From positions 3,401-67,400 of the forward strand of contig CAYRBH010000005.1 of the NCBI GenBank assembly GCA_964422585.1: a stretch of 64,000 nucleotides of DNA, read 5' to 3'. Shown here in pieces: positions 17,902-27,032 of the stretch (position 1 is its first letter; every line of letters begins with the position of its first letter). The notes beneath the pieces are model-generated. The model searched no databases. It had not been told where the DNA came from and was given only the letters and a program-made list of their open reading frames with translations. The position numbers were made by a program, and so were the translations under genes. The stretch comes from an uncultured Gammaproteobacteria bacterium. Its GTDB lineage: Bacteria > Patescibacteriota > Patescibacteriia > UBA1558 > 2-01-FULL-52-15.

Positions 17902-20349
17902 TTATTTCCCCCCTAGCATCTTCGCATATTTTTTGAATTCATTTCCTTTCTCTATGAAATTTTTCCACAGAGAATAGCTTGGCGATGCGGTTGACAGTAA
18001 ACAGATACTGCCTGGCTGAGTGTATTTGTAGGCAAAAGCGATTGCTCGTTCTATACTTCTCGTCTCAAATACCCTAAGTCCTTTCTGGGACTTGAGCATT
18101 CGCTTGCCGGTATCAGGAAACAGGACAATATTTCGTATCTTATATTTCCGTACGGTCTTCTCAAGTCGCGCAAAATCATAACCGCGATCTTCGCCACCCA
18201 GGAAAATCGTATCAACTTTTTTTAACGCTTTGATAGCCATAATGGTTGAATCAGGCGTTGTGGAAATAGCATCGTCATAGAAAGTAATTCCTTTGAACGT
18301 GCCAATGTTCTCAAGTCGATGGGGCAGCGGTTTGAAGTTCTTGATTCCTTTACGTATTGCCGCGTCTGAAATACCAAGCTGCCGGACAACTTTGATCGCG
18401 GCGCGTATATTCTGCATATTATGATCGCCAATGAGAGGAATGTCAGATTTTTTCAATGGGATTTTCGCATTGAAAGGCGCGACGATTGCGATATCCTGTG
18501 AACTCTGGAACCTGAATATATTTTTTTTCGCGGCATAGTAGTTCCCAAGTCCGCCATGATAGGTCATATGATCAGGGAAGAGATTGAGTAGTAGCGCGAT
18601 ATTCGGTGAATAGTCGATATCATCGAGCATATAGCTCGAAAGCTCTATGACAAAGATCTCTTTCGGATTAATTCTGGTAAGTAAAGTCGCGAGCATCGGA
18701 TTGCCGATATTGCCGACGAGCCGTACTTTTTTGCCAGCTGCTCGCAGCATCGCGTAGATGAGACTTACCGTCGTGCTTTTGCCCTTGGTGCCAGTAACAC
18801 CGATCGTGAAATTTTTATTCTCAGCGAAAAAGATATTGGTGGCCGTGGTATAGGGAATGGTGATTTTATATTTTGGTATGCCTGGTGTTTTGAGCGCAAG
18901 ATCATAGTGATCTTGTTTTGTGAGATAGTTTTTATCGAATTTCTGATCGAGGATCCCGATCTTCAGGTGAGGGTATTTTTTTCGTAGGTATTTTTCAGTG
19001 GCTTTTCCCTCGACATCATAGCCGATAATGCACACAGTCTTGATGCCAAGTAGTCTGAAGGACGCGGGTGTTGTTGGCGCTGGTTGCGTTTTGAATACTT
19101 CAGTAATGAGCGCGCGGCCATTTCGTATCTGAGGAAGAAAGGTTTTGACCACGAGACTTTCTTTGAAGTGTTTGGCCGCGAGGTAGAGTGCCGCGCGCGA
19201 CTCTTCGAAGGTGCCAACGCAATCAAATGGCTTATAGTTCCCGAAACCAAGGGTATTTTTATAAGTCAGCAGAAGTGTTTTGTCTTCGAAAAGATTCTTC
19301 CCAAATATGCTAATTAGTTTTTTCTTTGGAAGAAATGGCGCGAGTATCAGAAAAACGAAAGCGCATTTCGGACACGCGCCGCACCAGCGCGTATTCGGCG
19401 TAGTTTTCGCGCTAGCGGAGCTTCTATTACAGCTTGAGAAGAGTGAATGATACTTTGTATGCCTGGCGAACAGTTCCGCTATTCTTATTTCATATAATTG
19501 TCGCAGCAACGAGAAGTAGACAATGTCAGGGGTGATGAATTTCCTGGTGTAGTTTTGCAGTAATGCCTCGAATTCGGCGGATTTGCTCCATTGATGATTG
19601 ATCATGTCGCCACGATAGCGCGTGTTCCCGAAATTGCTGCTCTGCTCATTGCTCACAATGACGTACCTGTATTTATAGAGCGCTGCCGAGAGTAGGCCGA
19701 GGAACGCGAATATGGCTGAAATAGGGATATGTCCAGTATAACCCCCTTCATGTTTCTGAAGGATTTTCGGATCCAATATTCTTCGCAGCTGCAATGAAGG
19801 ATTTCCGATTTTTTGTATAACGGCTTTGGCTGTAGCATCTTTTCTCCGTGTCTCAATATGAAATGAGGTCACATCGAACTCATGCAGCAGCTCGGCAGAT
19901 ACAATAGAGTCTTTGCCACCGCCGATGCCGAGGAGTATTTTTTCAAACTGTCCAACTGGAGCGGCAGCAGTCTTGACGGTAGAGTAAGGGAAGCGGGCGA
20001 CATGTTGTGGATCAAGCCTATTCCGATAGAGGAATTCACCGAGACCTTTACGATAGACACTGTTCCAGAACTCAGCTTGTTCTTTCGACAGTTTGAAAGG
20101 CAGAGTTACCTTCGGCGGGCAATACAGTTTATAGTAGCTAATACCCAAGATGAGATGCAGCGGCTCGAGGAATTTCCGAAGTGTCTCGTGATCTAGTTTC
20201 TGAGACGGAGCTTTCGGGAGTATGACCCGCTCGGTAAAGGTAAGAGGCTTTCTATCTGAGAAGGTGATCTCATACGTAAAAGAAAAGGAGCGCCTCTGGG
20301 CGGTATAGGCGTATCCTCGGAAGTGAAATGCTTGGGCTTTTGGTCGCAT
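17902..20349 (-). CDS. murL-murD: MurL (UDP-MurNAc-L-Ala-L-Glu epimerase)-MurD fusion
   Basis: N half GGGKDS, GHIPIS, SNEQSSN, NHQWSKS, FSSCN, WCGACPKC, KPFDCVG; C half GTKGKSTT, ELSSY, PDH, PHRLE, DDAISTTP; start MRPKAQ avoids overlap with the divergent gene. Confidence 0.88.
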   Translation of the reverse strand: MRPKAQAFHFRGYAYTAQRRSFSFTYEITFSDRKPLTFTERVILPKAPSQKLDHETLRKFLEPLHLILGISYYKLYCPPKVTLPFKLSKEQAEFWNSVYRKGLGEFLYRNRLDPQHVARFPYSTVKTAAAPVGQFEKILLGIGGGKDSIVSAELLHEFDVTSFHIETRRKDATAKAVIQKIGNPSLQLRRILDPKILQKHEGGYTGHIPISAIFAFLGLLSAALYKYRYVIVSNEQSSNFGNTRYRGDMINHQWSKSAEFEALLQNYTRKFITPDIVYFSLLRQLYEIRIAELFARHTKYHSLFSSCNRSSASAKTTPNTRWCGACPKCAFVFLILAPFLPKKKLISIFGKNLFEDKTLLLTYKNTLGFGNYKPFDCVGTFEESRAALYLAAKHFKESLVVKTFLPQIRNGRALITEVFKTQPAPTTPASFRLLGIKTVCIIGYDVEGKATEKYLRKKYPHLKIGILDQKFDKNYLTKQDHYDLALKTPGIPKYKITIPYTTATNIFFAENKNFTIGVTGTKGKSTTVSLIYAMLRAAGKKVRLVGNIGNPMLATLLTRINPKEIFVIELSSYMLDDIDYSPNIALLLNLFPDHMTYHGGLGNYYAAKKNIFRFQSSQDIAIVAPFNAKIPLKKSDIPLIGDHNMQNIRAAIKVVRQLGISDAAIRKGIKNFKPLPHRLENIGTFKGITFYDDAISTTPDSTIMAIKALKKVDTIFLGGEDRGYDFARLEKTVRKYKIRNIVLFPDTGKRMLKSQKGLRVFETRSIERAIAFAYKYTQPGSICLLSTASPSYSLWKNFIEKGNEFKKYAKMLGGK

Positions 20350-20455
20350 AGTGAGCGCTGCAAGATGCGTAGTTATCCTACTGTACTTAGCGGAATTTTC
20401 CAAGAGAGCAGGGCTTCTTCCCTTTTTCGCAATAGTATGCAAATCTATAGCTGCT

Positions 20456-20923
20456 ATGCGCAAGAAAAAACGATTCATCGTCATCTGCGACAATATCCGG
20501 AGCACTCATAATGTAGGCTCTATTTTTCGTACGAGCGATGGAGCTGGCGTGGATCAGATATACTTATGCGGCATCACGCCGCGCCCGCCGCGGAAAGATA
20601 TCGATAAGGTTTCGCTGGGAGCTGAGAGGTCGGTCCCGTTTGTTTATCGTAGAAGCGTCTTGAGTGTGGTGACAAAACTCAAAAAAGAAGATTATCAAAT
20701 CATTGCCCTTGAGAATAATGTGCCAGGGGTGATCGAATATCAGAAATATAAACCCACATTTCCTCTGGCCCTGGTTATCGGCAGTGAAGTGGGAGGTATT
20801 GACTCGAACATCCTGAAAAAGGCTCATCAGAAAGTGTCTATCCCTATGCGCGGGAAGAAGGAGTCGTTGAATGTGTCTGTCGCCTTTGGGATCATCGCGT
20901 ATGCGCTGACCACGGGGGAGTAG
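20456..20923 (+). CDS. SpoU/TrmH-family RNA 2'-O-methyltransferase
   Basis: DNIRSTHNVGSIFRT, IGSEVGG, IPMRGKKESLNVSVA. Confidence 0.92.
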   Translation: MRKKKRFIVICDNIRSTHNVGSIFRTSDGAGVDQIYLCGITPRPPRKDIDKVSLGAERSVPFVYRRSVLSVVTKLKKEDYQIIALENNVPGVIEYQKYKPTFPLALVIGSEVGGIDSNILKKAHQKVSIPMRGKKESLNVSVAFGIIAYALTTGE

Positions 20924-20992
20924 GCTGCCGGGTGTGGATTTCGCGCTGTAGCGGTGCTATACTAGATGCGTCTTATACTTAAGAACTAAACT

Positions 20993-21217
20993 ATGCAAAA
21001 TTTAGGAAGCGGTCAGTTGTGGTTCATACTTATTTCCCTATGGACCTTGCCCTGGAAAGGTGTCGCTCTGTGGAAGTCTGCACGAGCTCAAGAGAAGTGG
21101 TGGTTCATCGCATTATTATTGATTAATACTATAGGGATTTTGGAGATCGTATACATTTTCTTCTTCGCGCCTTCTACGACGCAGAAAAAAGGTTTTCACT
21201 GGCCTTGGAAGAAGTAA
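20993..21217 (+). CDS. DUF5652-family small membrane protein
   Basis: LWTLPWKGVALWKSAR...WFIALL.INT.GILEIVYIF; TGCTATACT at 20955-20963. Confidence 0.85.
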   Translation: MQNLGSGQLWFILISLWTLPWKGVALWKSARAQEKWWFIALLLINTIGILEIVYIFFFAPSTTQKKGFHWPWKK

Positions 21218-21232
21218 CTACCTGCAGTAGCC

Positions 21233-21961
21233 ATGGGTAAGCTTCAAACATTTCCTGCCATTGTCGCGCACCGTGGCTTCTGGATGCAGTATCCGGAAAA
21301 TACGGTGCCTGCTTTTATTGAGGCCATGCGCATGGGTGTTGATATGGTCGAGCTGGACGTGCATGAGACTAAGGATGGCGAATTTATTGTGTGCCATGAC
21401 GCGACCCACCCTGCAGCTATACACCCCTGGCGTAAATTGACCTACGCGGAGATCAGGAAGTCTATGGGCGATCTGCTCGTTCCGAAGCTCGAGGACTGCA
21501 TACGAGCGATCCCTACCCTCCGTATTAATTTTGAGATCAAGAGCATAAAGCATCCATCGAAACTGCTACGCCTTCTCGAGAAGAATCCGCCTCTTCCCGG
21601 CAGCTTTATCTCTAGTTTTCACTATATCGATCTGAAAACGCTACATCGATTACATTGCGCTTTCCCGCTCTATCTGATTACATCGCTCCCGCCGCGAGGT
21701 TTCCAGCGATTGTTCACGCAGCTCGTATTCTGGCTGAGGCTCTATCGATTCACGCCGAGGTTCTTGGCGGGCGTATCTTTGCAGTATCGTCTGGTTACCC
21801 GGAGGCTTATCCGGACTATGCATCGTCGGGGGTTCAAGGTTCATAGTTGGACCGTGGATAATCCTAAGAAAATGAAAAAGTTCATCGAATACGCTATTGA
21901 CGGCATCATTACCAACCGTCCTGACATACTGCTCGGTTTGAAAGATCAATTGCTGCGCTGA
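21233..21961 (+). CDS. Glycerophosphodiester phosphodiesterase
   Basis: AHRG, PENT, ELDVH.TKDG, HD, FEIK, WTVD, GIITNRP. Confidence 0.93.
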   Translation: MGKLQTFPAIVAHRGFWMQYPENTVPAFIEAMRMGVDMVELDVHETKDGEFIVCHDATHPAAIHPWRKLTYAEIRKSMGDLLVPKLEDCIRAIPTLRINFEIKSIKHPSKLLRLLEKNPPLPGSFISSFHYIDLKTLHRLHCAFPLYLITSLPPRGFQRLFTQLVFWLRLYRFTPRFLAGVSLQYRLVTRRLIRTMHRRGFKVHSWTVDNPKKMKKFIEYAIDGIITNRPDILLGLKDQLLR

Positions 21962-21963
21962 GT

Positions 21964-23628
21964 ATGAAACGATTGAAGATGTATATACTGCCCATTGCCT
22001 TCCTTGCGGTGGCACTTATTGTATTTCCTGTGCCGAAGCAAGGAGGGTTCGTTTCGGACGACTGGGATTGGTTATCGGCAGCAGCCAGACATACCAGCAT
22101 CTTCCCTGATCTGCTGGCAAACAGCACCGGCACACATGCTGGTGGCTCCTATAATCCGCTGAGCTCGCTCTGGATCAATGTGCTCCATCGATCTTTCAGA
22201 ATGAACGCAGCTTCGTATCATATCGCGAGCATCATACTGCATAGCCTGAACGCTTTCTTATTGGCATTACTTGCGATGCTGATTTTGAGAGTTTTCTTTT
22301 TAGAAAAAAGGGCTTGGAAGTTCGGTACAGGAGCAGGACTTCTTTTTGTACTTTGGCCCACTCATGTCGAGGCAGTACAGTGGATAGCGGCAGTACCTCA
22401 TATGCTGGCAACCTTCTTTGTTCTGCTCACCCTCTATGCGTATATCTTGTTTCGAGTCGATAAGAGCCGCTTCGCCTCTTGGTTGGTGCTGTTCTCAAGT
22501 CTTTGCGCTTTTTGCAGTAAAGAAACAGCCTTGATGCTACCATTGCTATTGCTTGGCATTGAGCTGTGGTATCAACGTCATCATCTCAAGACAATTAAAC
22601 TGGGCGAGTATAGGTTTGTCATAGGAGTCTTTCTTGTAGCCATCATATTTCTAGTGATGCGTTTCGTTGCTACGGGCATCGTACTTGGTGATTATGCTGA
22701 ACAGCAGCTGGTCATACGACCGTTGCAGTGGATCAATACGCTGCTGACCTTCTTCGAAGAGTTTCTTACCCTCGGTACGGCTCGCGTGCCGTGGATGCAG
22801 TGGTACTGGCAGCACCCCGTGCTCATCGGTTGTAGTGGCCTAGTAGTATTCGCTGGTATCTGGTGGTGTATTTGGCGTTTACGGAAAGAGGGTCTCTTAC
22901 TGTGGTGGCATTTGTTACTTATTTCACTCGTGCCGTTCATAACGCTCGGATTCAATCGCCTATCCCAAGAGGGCGAGCGCTATACCTATTTGCCGTCGGC
23001 GTTTTTCATCATATTCGTGACGATACTAGTATATCTGTATGCGCGTCGTTTCGCGTATCTACTATTCGTACTGATGTTCTGCGCTACAGTACAGCCACTA
23101 GTGATCCGGAATCAGGCTTGGCAACAGGCATTTCGCGTCGCTCATGACATCGTTATTGCAGCTAGTAGCTTGCCGCAACTTTCTGACCCCTCCCATCTCT
23201 ATCTGTTCGTAGGATTGCCTGACACTATCGGTGGAGCGCAGGTGTTCCGTAATAATCTGGCTGAAGCCGTCCTATTCTCCGCACCAGAGCATGCTGCGCA
23301 GGTGATCGAGCTGCCGATCTATACACAATTCAGGAGTTCTGAAGCGAATGCTTCGGTACTGCGATGGACATCTGATAGCAGGGGGCTGTTCGCGAGGAAT
23401 CCGGACCATCGCCTAGTAGTGACCGGTTTCGATCGACGTGAGACCGAGTATCTGACCTATGAGCTCTGGGATTATAACTATTCTTTTTTCAGCTCAGATA
23501 CGATACGTCTTCTGTTCGCCGATAGCCTGAAGCAAGCTATTAGCAGCGGCAAGGCCTCTATTATGACCTGGAATGCTGGTAGCCTTCTGGAGGTGACTCA
23601 CTCACCGGCAGAGACTTCCTCATTGTGA
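21964..23628 (+). CDS. Multi-TM GT-C-fold putative glycosyltransferase
   Basis: SDDW, YNPL, HVEAV.WI, SKE, ERYTYLPS. Confidence 0.75.
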   Translation: MKRLKMYILPIAFLAVALIVFPVPKQGGFVSDDWDWLSAAARHTSIFPDLLANSTGTHAGGSYNPLSSLWINVLHRSFRMNAASYHIASIILHSLNAFLLALLAMLILRVFFLEKRAWKFGTGAGLLFVLWPTHVEAVQWIAAVPHMLATFFVLLTLYAYILFRVDKSRFASWLVLFSSLCAFCSKETALMLPLLLLGIELWYQRHHLKTIKLGEYRFVIGVFLVAIIFLVMRFVATGIVLGDYAEQQLVIRPLQWINTLLTFFEEFLTLGTARVPWMQWYWQHPVLIGCSGLVVFAGIWWCIWRLRKEGLLLWWHLLLISLVPFITLGFNRLSQEGERYTYLPSAFFIIFVTILVYLYARRFAYLLFVLMFCATVQPLVIRNQAWQQAFRVAHDIVIAASSLPQLSDPSHLYLFVGLPDTIGGAQVFRNNLAEAVLFSAPEHAAQVIELPIYTQFRSSEANASVLRWTSDSRGLFARNPDHRLVVTGFDRRETEYLTYELWDYNYSFFSSDTIRLLFADSLKQAISSGKASIMTWNAGSLLEVTHSPAETSSL

Positions 23629-23658
23629 GCGCTACGCCTATCGGCTATACTATAGTAT

Positions 23659-25035
23659 ATGGATGATGCTGATCAGCCTATCAATCCAAGCGCACCGGAA
23701 CAGCCGCGAGACTCTGCTGACCGTATGGCCCAAGAAACGCGTATCCGCTTAGAGTTGCAGCGGAGGCTTTCGTATAGCGATGAAGCGCAGGTGCTGTCTG
23801 AAAAAGTAGGGAGTTCTCGGGGTAGGCATCGACTGCGGAAACTCCTCATTTTTTTGGTATTAGTCTGCGGTATTTTTATAATTGGCGCGCTGGCATTAAA
23901 TATGGCCATCGTCCCTCGTGTCATAGCTGGACTGCCGAGCTTCATTCGGGTACCGTATCAAACACTTCCTGGCTACAAGAGGACGATCAGTGGTTCAGTC
24001 GATTATTATCCGCCATTGGTGGTAAGTCCCACAAAGACAGGTATTTCAGAGTTCGATCATGGAGCGTCATTCTCGTTCATATCGAGCGCAGATGTGCTCT
24101 CGCACAAAGGGATCGAGGGTGTTCTCAGGCTTGATATCAATAAGACTCAGGCAAGCACAGCGGCAAGCGATATTGATGTGGGGTATAAGGTCTTGTTCCC
24201 GCAGAAGCAGGGGACTGGCATTTACTTTTTCTTTAACCACTGGCCTTCATACCTACAAGACTTGGGAATCGCCGGTGACAGTCGTGGTATATGGTTTGGT
24301 TATGATTCTCAAGATAAGCAAACTTCCCAGCCAGATATCAATGAACTCCTTGGTCTCCTGAATCCAGAGAGCAATCAGCAGGGCGCCCAGCATTTTATCA
24401 ATGCTCTCTGGACCTATGCTTCTGCGAAAGGCGCTTTACAATGGAAAGTGCAGCGACTTTTCTATAGCTTATCTGATGGCACCCGCGCCGCTGATATACA
24501 GGTGTCTATAGATCCTGATACATTTCCCTCAACGATCGCTGCTTTTGTGAAAGATCCTTCGTATACCGGAGATATCAAGGCCATCGGTGATTCGCCGGTT
24601 GCCGGCACCACCGTTGCCGGCCTGCTTGGATCGATACGTTCATTGACCGGCCTTATCACGGTTGGCATCACTGATCATTTTATCCATCAGGCGGTGTGGA
24701 ATTTCGATATTAATGATCCGGCTGCAGGCACCTATCGTGGCACTGTCACCTCAGCCCTTGATCTTGTACAGGCCAAGAAAGATATTGTGAAACCTCAGCA
24801 GACTAAGAGTGCGATAGATATCCTTGACTTAATCGCAACAGGAACGCCGGATCTGACTCCGGCGACTGTGGCAACCACGACCGATTCGGATGGGGATGGT
24901 CTCAGTGATAGCGATGAGATAAATAAATATCACACGGATCCGTTCGTAGCTGACACCGATCATGACGGGTTCAGCGACGGCGCTGAGGTGCGGATGGGGT
25001 ATAATCCCTTAGGACCAGGGAAGCTGAAGCAGTAA
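23659..25035 (+). CDS. Single-TM surface protein with C-terminal bacterial TSP3 Ca-binding repeats
   Basis: DSDGDGLSDSDE...TDP..ADTDHDGFSDGAEV..GYNP. Confidence 0.8.
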   Translation: MDDADQPINPSAPEQPRDSADRMAQETRIRLELQRRLSYSDEAQVLSEKVGSSRGRHRLRKLLIFLVLVCGIFIIGALALNMAIVPRVIAGLPSFIRVPYQTLPGYKRTISGSVDYYPPLVVSPTKTGISEFDHGASFSFISSADVLSHKGIEGVLRLDINKTQASTAASDIDVGYKVLFPQKQGTGIYFFFNHWPSYLQDLGIAGDSRGIWFGYDSQDKQTSQPDINELLGLLNPESNQQGAQHFINALWTYASAKGALQWKVQRLFYSLSDGTRAADIQVSIDPDTFPSTIAAFVKDPSYTGDIKAIGDSPVAGTTVAGLLGSIRSLTGLITVGITDHFIHQAVWNFDINDPAAGTYRGTVTSALDLVQAKKDIVKPQQTKSAIDILDLIATGTPDLTPATVATTTDSDGDGLSDSDEINKYHTDPFVADTDHDGFSDGAEVRMGYNPLGPGKLKQ

Positions 25036-25039
25036 GCTT

Positions 25040-25558
25040 CTAGAAACGGTACACGAAGACATTGCGCCATCGCTCATGGAATTCTTTGAGCGGTTTTTTA
25101 GTATCAAATGAAAAATTGTATGAGATGACATAGGTCCCTGGTTTCGCTTCACGAGTGAGCTTAGGTCCTATCTTTTGGTTGATGGTATCAGGCAGGCCAT
25201 AGACAAAAATGATGTCGAATGTTCCTAGAGGTGCAGCATAGAGATCTTGCAGGACTATGTTCACCGAAGCTCCGCGGTAAAATAGTTGACGAAGCTTAGC
25301 TAGAGCATAGGGGAGTGGTGAGATTTCATAACCAGTCGCCGCGAGTCTATACTTCCGCCACACATAGAATACAACCCGTCCGTAACCGAGGCCAAGATCT
25401 GCGAAGCGCATGCCTGGCTGTGGGTGTATCGATGCTAAGGCTTGTGCGACCATCGTGGTTTTGCTGGGTATCCATGGTGCGAGAGAATAGAATGCCCGTA
25501 TCAGGTAAAAAACAACAATTGCGATCACCACATAGATACCGATGACCAGGAATGCCAT
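25040..25558 (-). CDS. Membrane-anchored class I SAM methyltransferase
   Basis: APWIPS, DLGLGYGRV, GYEISP, PGTYVISYNF. Confidence 0.85.
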   Translation of the reverse strand: MAFLVIGIYVVIAIVVFYLIRAFYSLAPWIPSKTTMVAQALASIHPQPGMRFADLGLGYGRVVFYVWRKYRLAATGYEISPLPYALAKLRQLFYRGASVNIVLQDLYAAPLGTFDIIFVYGLPDTINQKIGPKLTREAKPGTYVISYNFSFDTKKPLKEFHERWRNVFVYRF

Positions 25559-25563
25559 AGGTA

Positions 25564-26859
25564 TCAGCGGATGTAGTTCAACGGGTTGGTCACGCGACCA
25601 TTGATCCTGATCTCGAAATGCAGGTGAGGGCCAGTAGAGCGGCCGGTCGAGCCTATCAACCCGATAGTTTGTCCACGCGTGACCGTGTCACCAGCTTTCA
25701 CAAGGATCTTCGATTGATGACCATAGAGTGTCTGTATGCCATTACCATGATTGAGAATGACATAGTTGCCATAACCGCCATTATTCCAGCCGGCGCGCTC
25801 GACGCGGCCGCTTTCAGCCGCATAGATTGGATCGCCGATGGTTTCCCCGATATCAACACCGGTATGCCGCAGGCCGAAATATTGCGTGATACGTCTGCTC
25901 AGGACCGGCCAGAGGAATTTGCCGCCAAGCTCTTGTCCTGATCCCGCTGGCGGTGGGATAAAGAAGTTCTTTATGACATTGCCGAGACTTTGCGGTGTCC
26001 GTTGTCGGACAACCACATCGGTCGGATTGATGCCGTCGGGTATGATGAGGTCTTCACCGACCTGTATGTCAGTAGCGCTCGCGAGCTTATTGCCTTCGAT
26101 GATAGCGGTTGGATCTACCTGATACTTTTTCGCTATCTCGGCAATGGTTTCTCCGGATTTCACGGTATGCGACACGCCACTCCTTGGCAGTATGGTCAGT
26201 GTCTGACCGGGTTTGATGGTGCTATTCCAAGTCAAGCTGTTTGCCCAGAGTATGGTGTTCACGCTGATCTCGAATTTTTGCGCTATCGTACCCAAGGTGT
26301 CGCCTGACTCGACCGTATAGGTCTCGTTTTTCGAGCGCCCTGTCCCAGTGCCATTCCCTGTGTCCGTGATGACCGGCGCCACTATTGGTTGATCATCCTC
26401 CGGATTATAGATCATATCCTGGTCGGTATCCGGAGCAGCCGGACCAGTGATAATATCGTCGGTCACGACGGTATCCGTATCAAGGTAGCTGACCTTGGCT
26501 GATTGTCCATTCGCCGGCAGCGGACCCTCTTGGATCAGCTGTACGGCCGTTTGGTCGTTCTGACCCATGATGCTATTCAGTGGTATGCTTGCGGCGAGCT
26601 CTTCAGCATTCAAGGTAGTGGCCCAGAGATTATGTCCGAGTGCTATGATGACAATACTGAGGATGGTTCCTTTATATAGATAACGATTGAGCCATGTCAA
26701 AATCGTATGGTTGCTGGATTGAGTTAATGACTTTACCTTTCGTTGCACTTTCAAGATTAGGAAGTAGACGCTGAGTATGCTACCGAGGAAGAATCGCTTG
26801 ATGAACTTCCGTGCACTGCGGAGCGGTGGCATCGCGCCTCGCCGCAGCTTGTTTCCCAT
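25564..26859 (-). CDS. Two-LysM plus M23 peptidoglycan endopeptidase
   Basis: YTVESGDTL, HTVKSGETI; HTGVD, YGH, STGPHLHFE. Confidence 0.93.
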   Translation of the reverse strand: MGNKLRRGAMPPLRSARKFIKRFFLGSILSVYFLILKVQRKVKSLTQSSNHTILTWLNRYLYKGTILSIVIIALGHNLWATTLNAEELAASIPLNSIMGQNDQTAVQLIQEGPLPANGQSAKVSYLDTDTVVTDDIITGPAAPDTDQDMIYNPEDDQPIVAPVITDTGNGTGTGRSKNETYTVESGDTLGTIAQKFEISVNTILWANSLTWNSTIKPGQTLTILPRSGVSHTVKSGETIAEIAKKYQVDPTAIIEGNKLASATDIQVGEDLIIPDGINPTDVVVRQRTPQSLGNVIKNFFIPPPAGSGQELGGKFLWPVLSRRITQYFGLRHTGVDIGETIGDPIYAAESGRVERAGWNNGGYGNYVILNHGNGIQTLYGHQSKILVKAGDTVTRGQTIGLIGSTGRSTGPHLHFEIRINGRVTNPLNYIR

Positions 26860-27032
26860 CCATACGAAAGCGTCGACCAGTTTAATGATCGACCACAGTG
26901 CAATGCGCTTGATTGTGAGATTCAGTTTACGAATACGGCCTTTCTTTAACTATTCATAGATACCATATTTATATGAGTTTGTAAACAGTTCTTGCGTTGA
27001 TTTTTATCAGACGCTTTGTTAGAGTAAGACCT

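Noticed and set aside
20350-20505. Overlapping N-terminal extensions of murL-murD and the TrmH-family gene
   Set aside because: Later ATGs (20349 and 20456) remove the head-to-head overlap and sit just before the conserved domains
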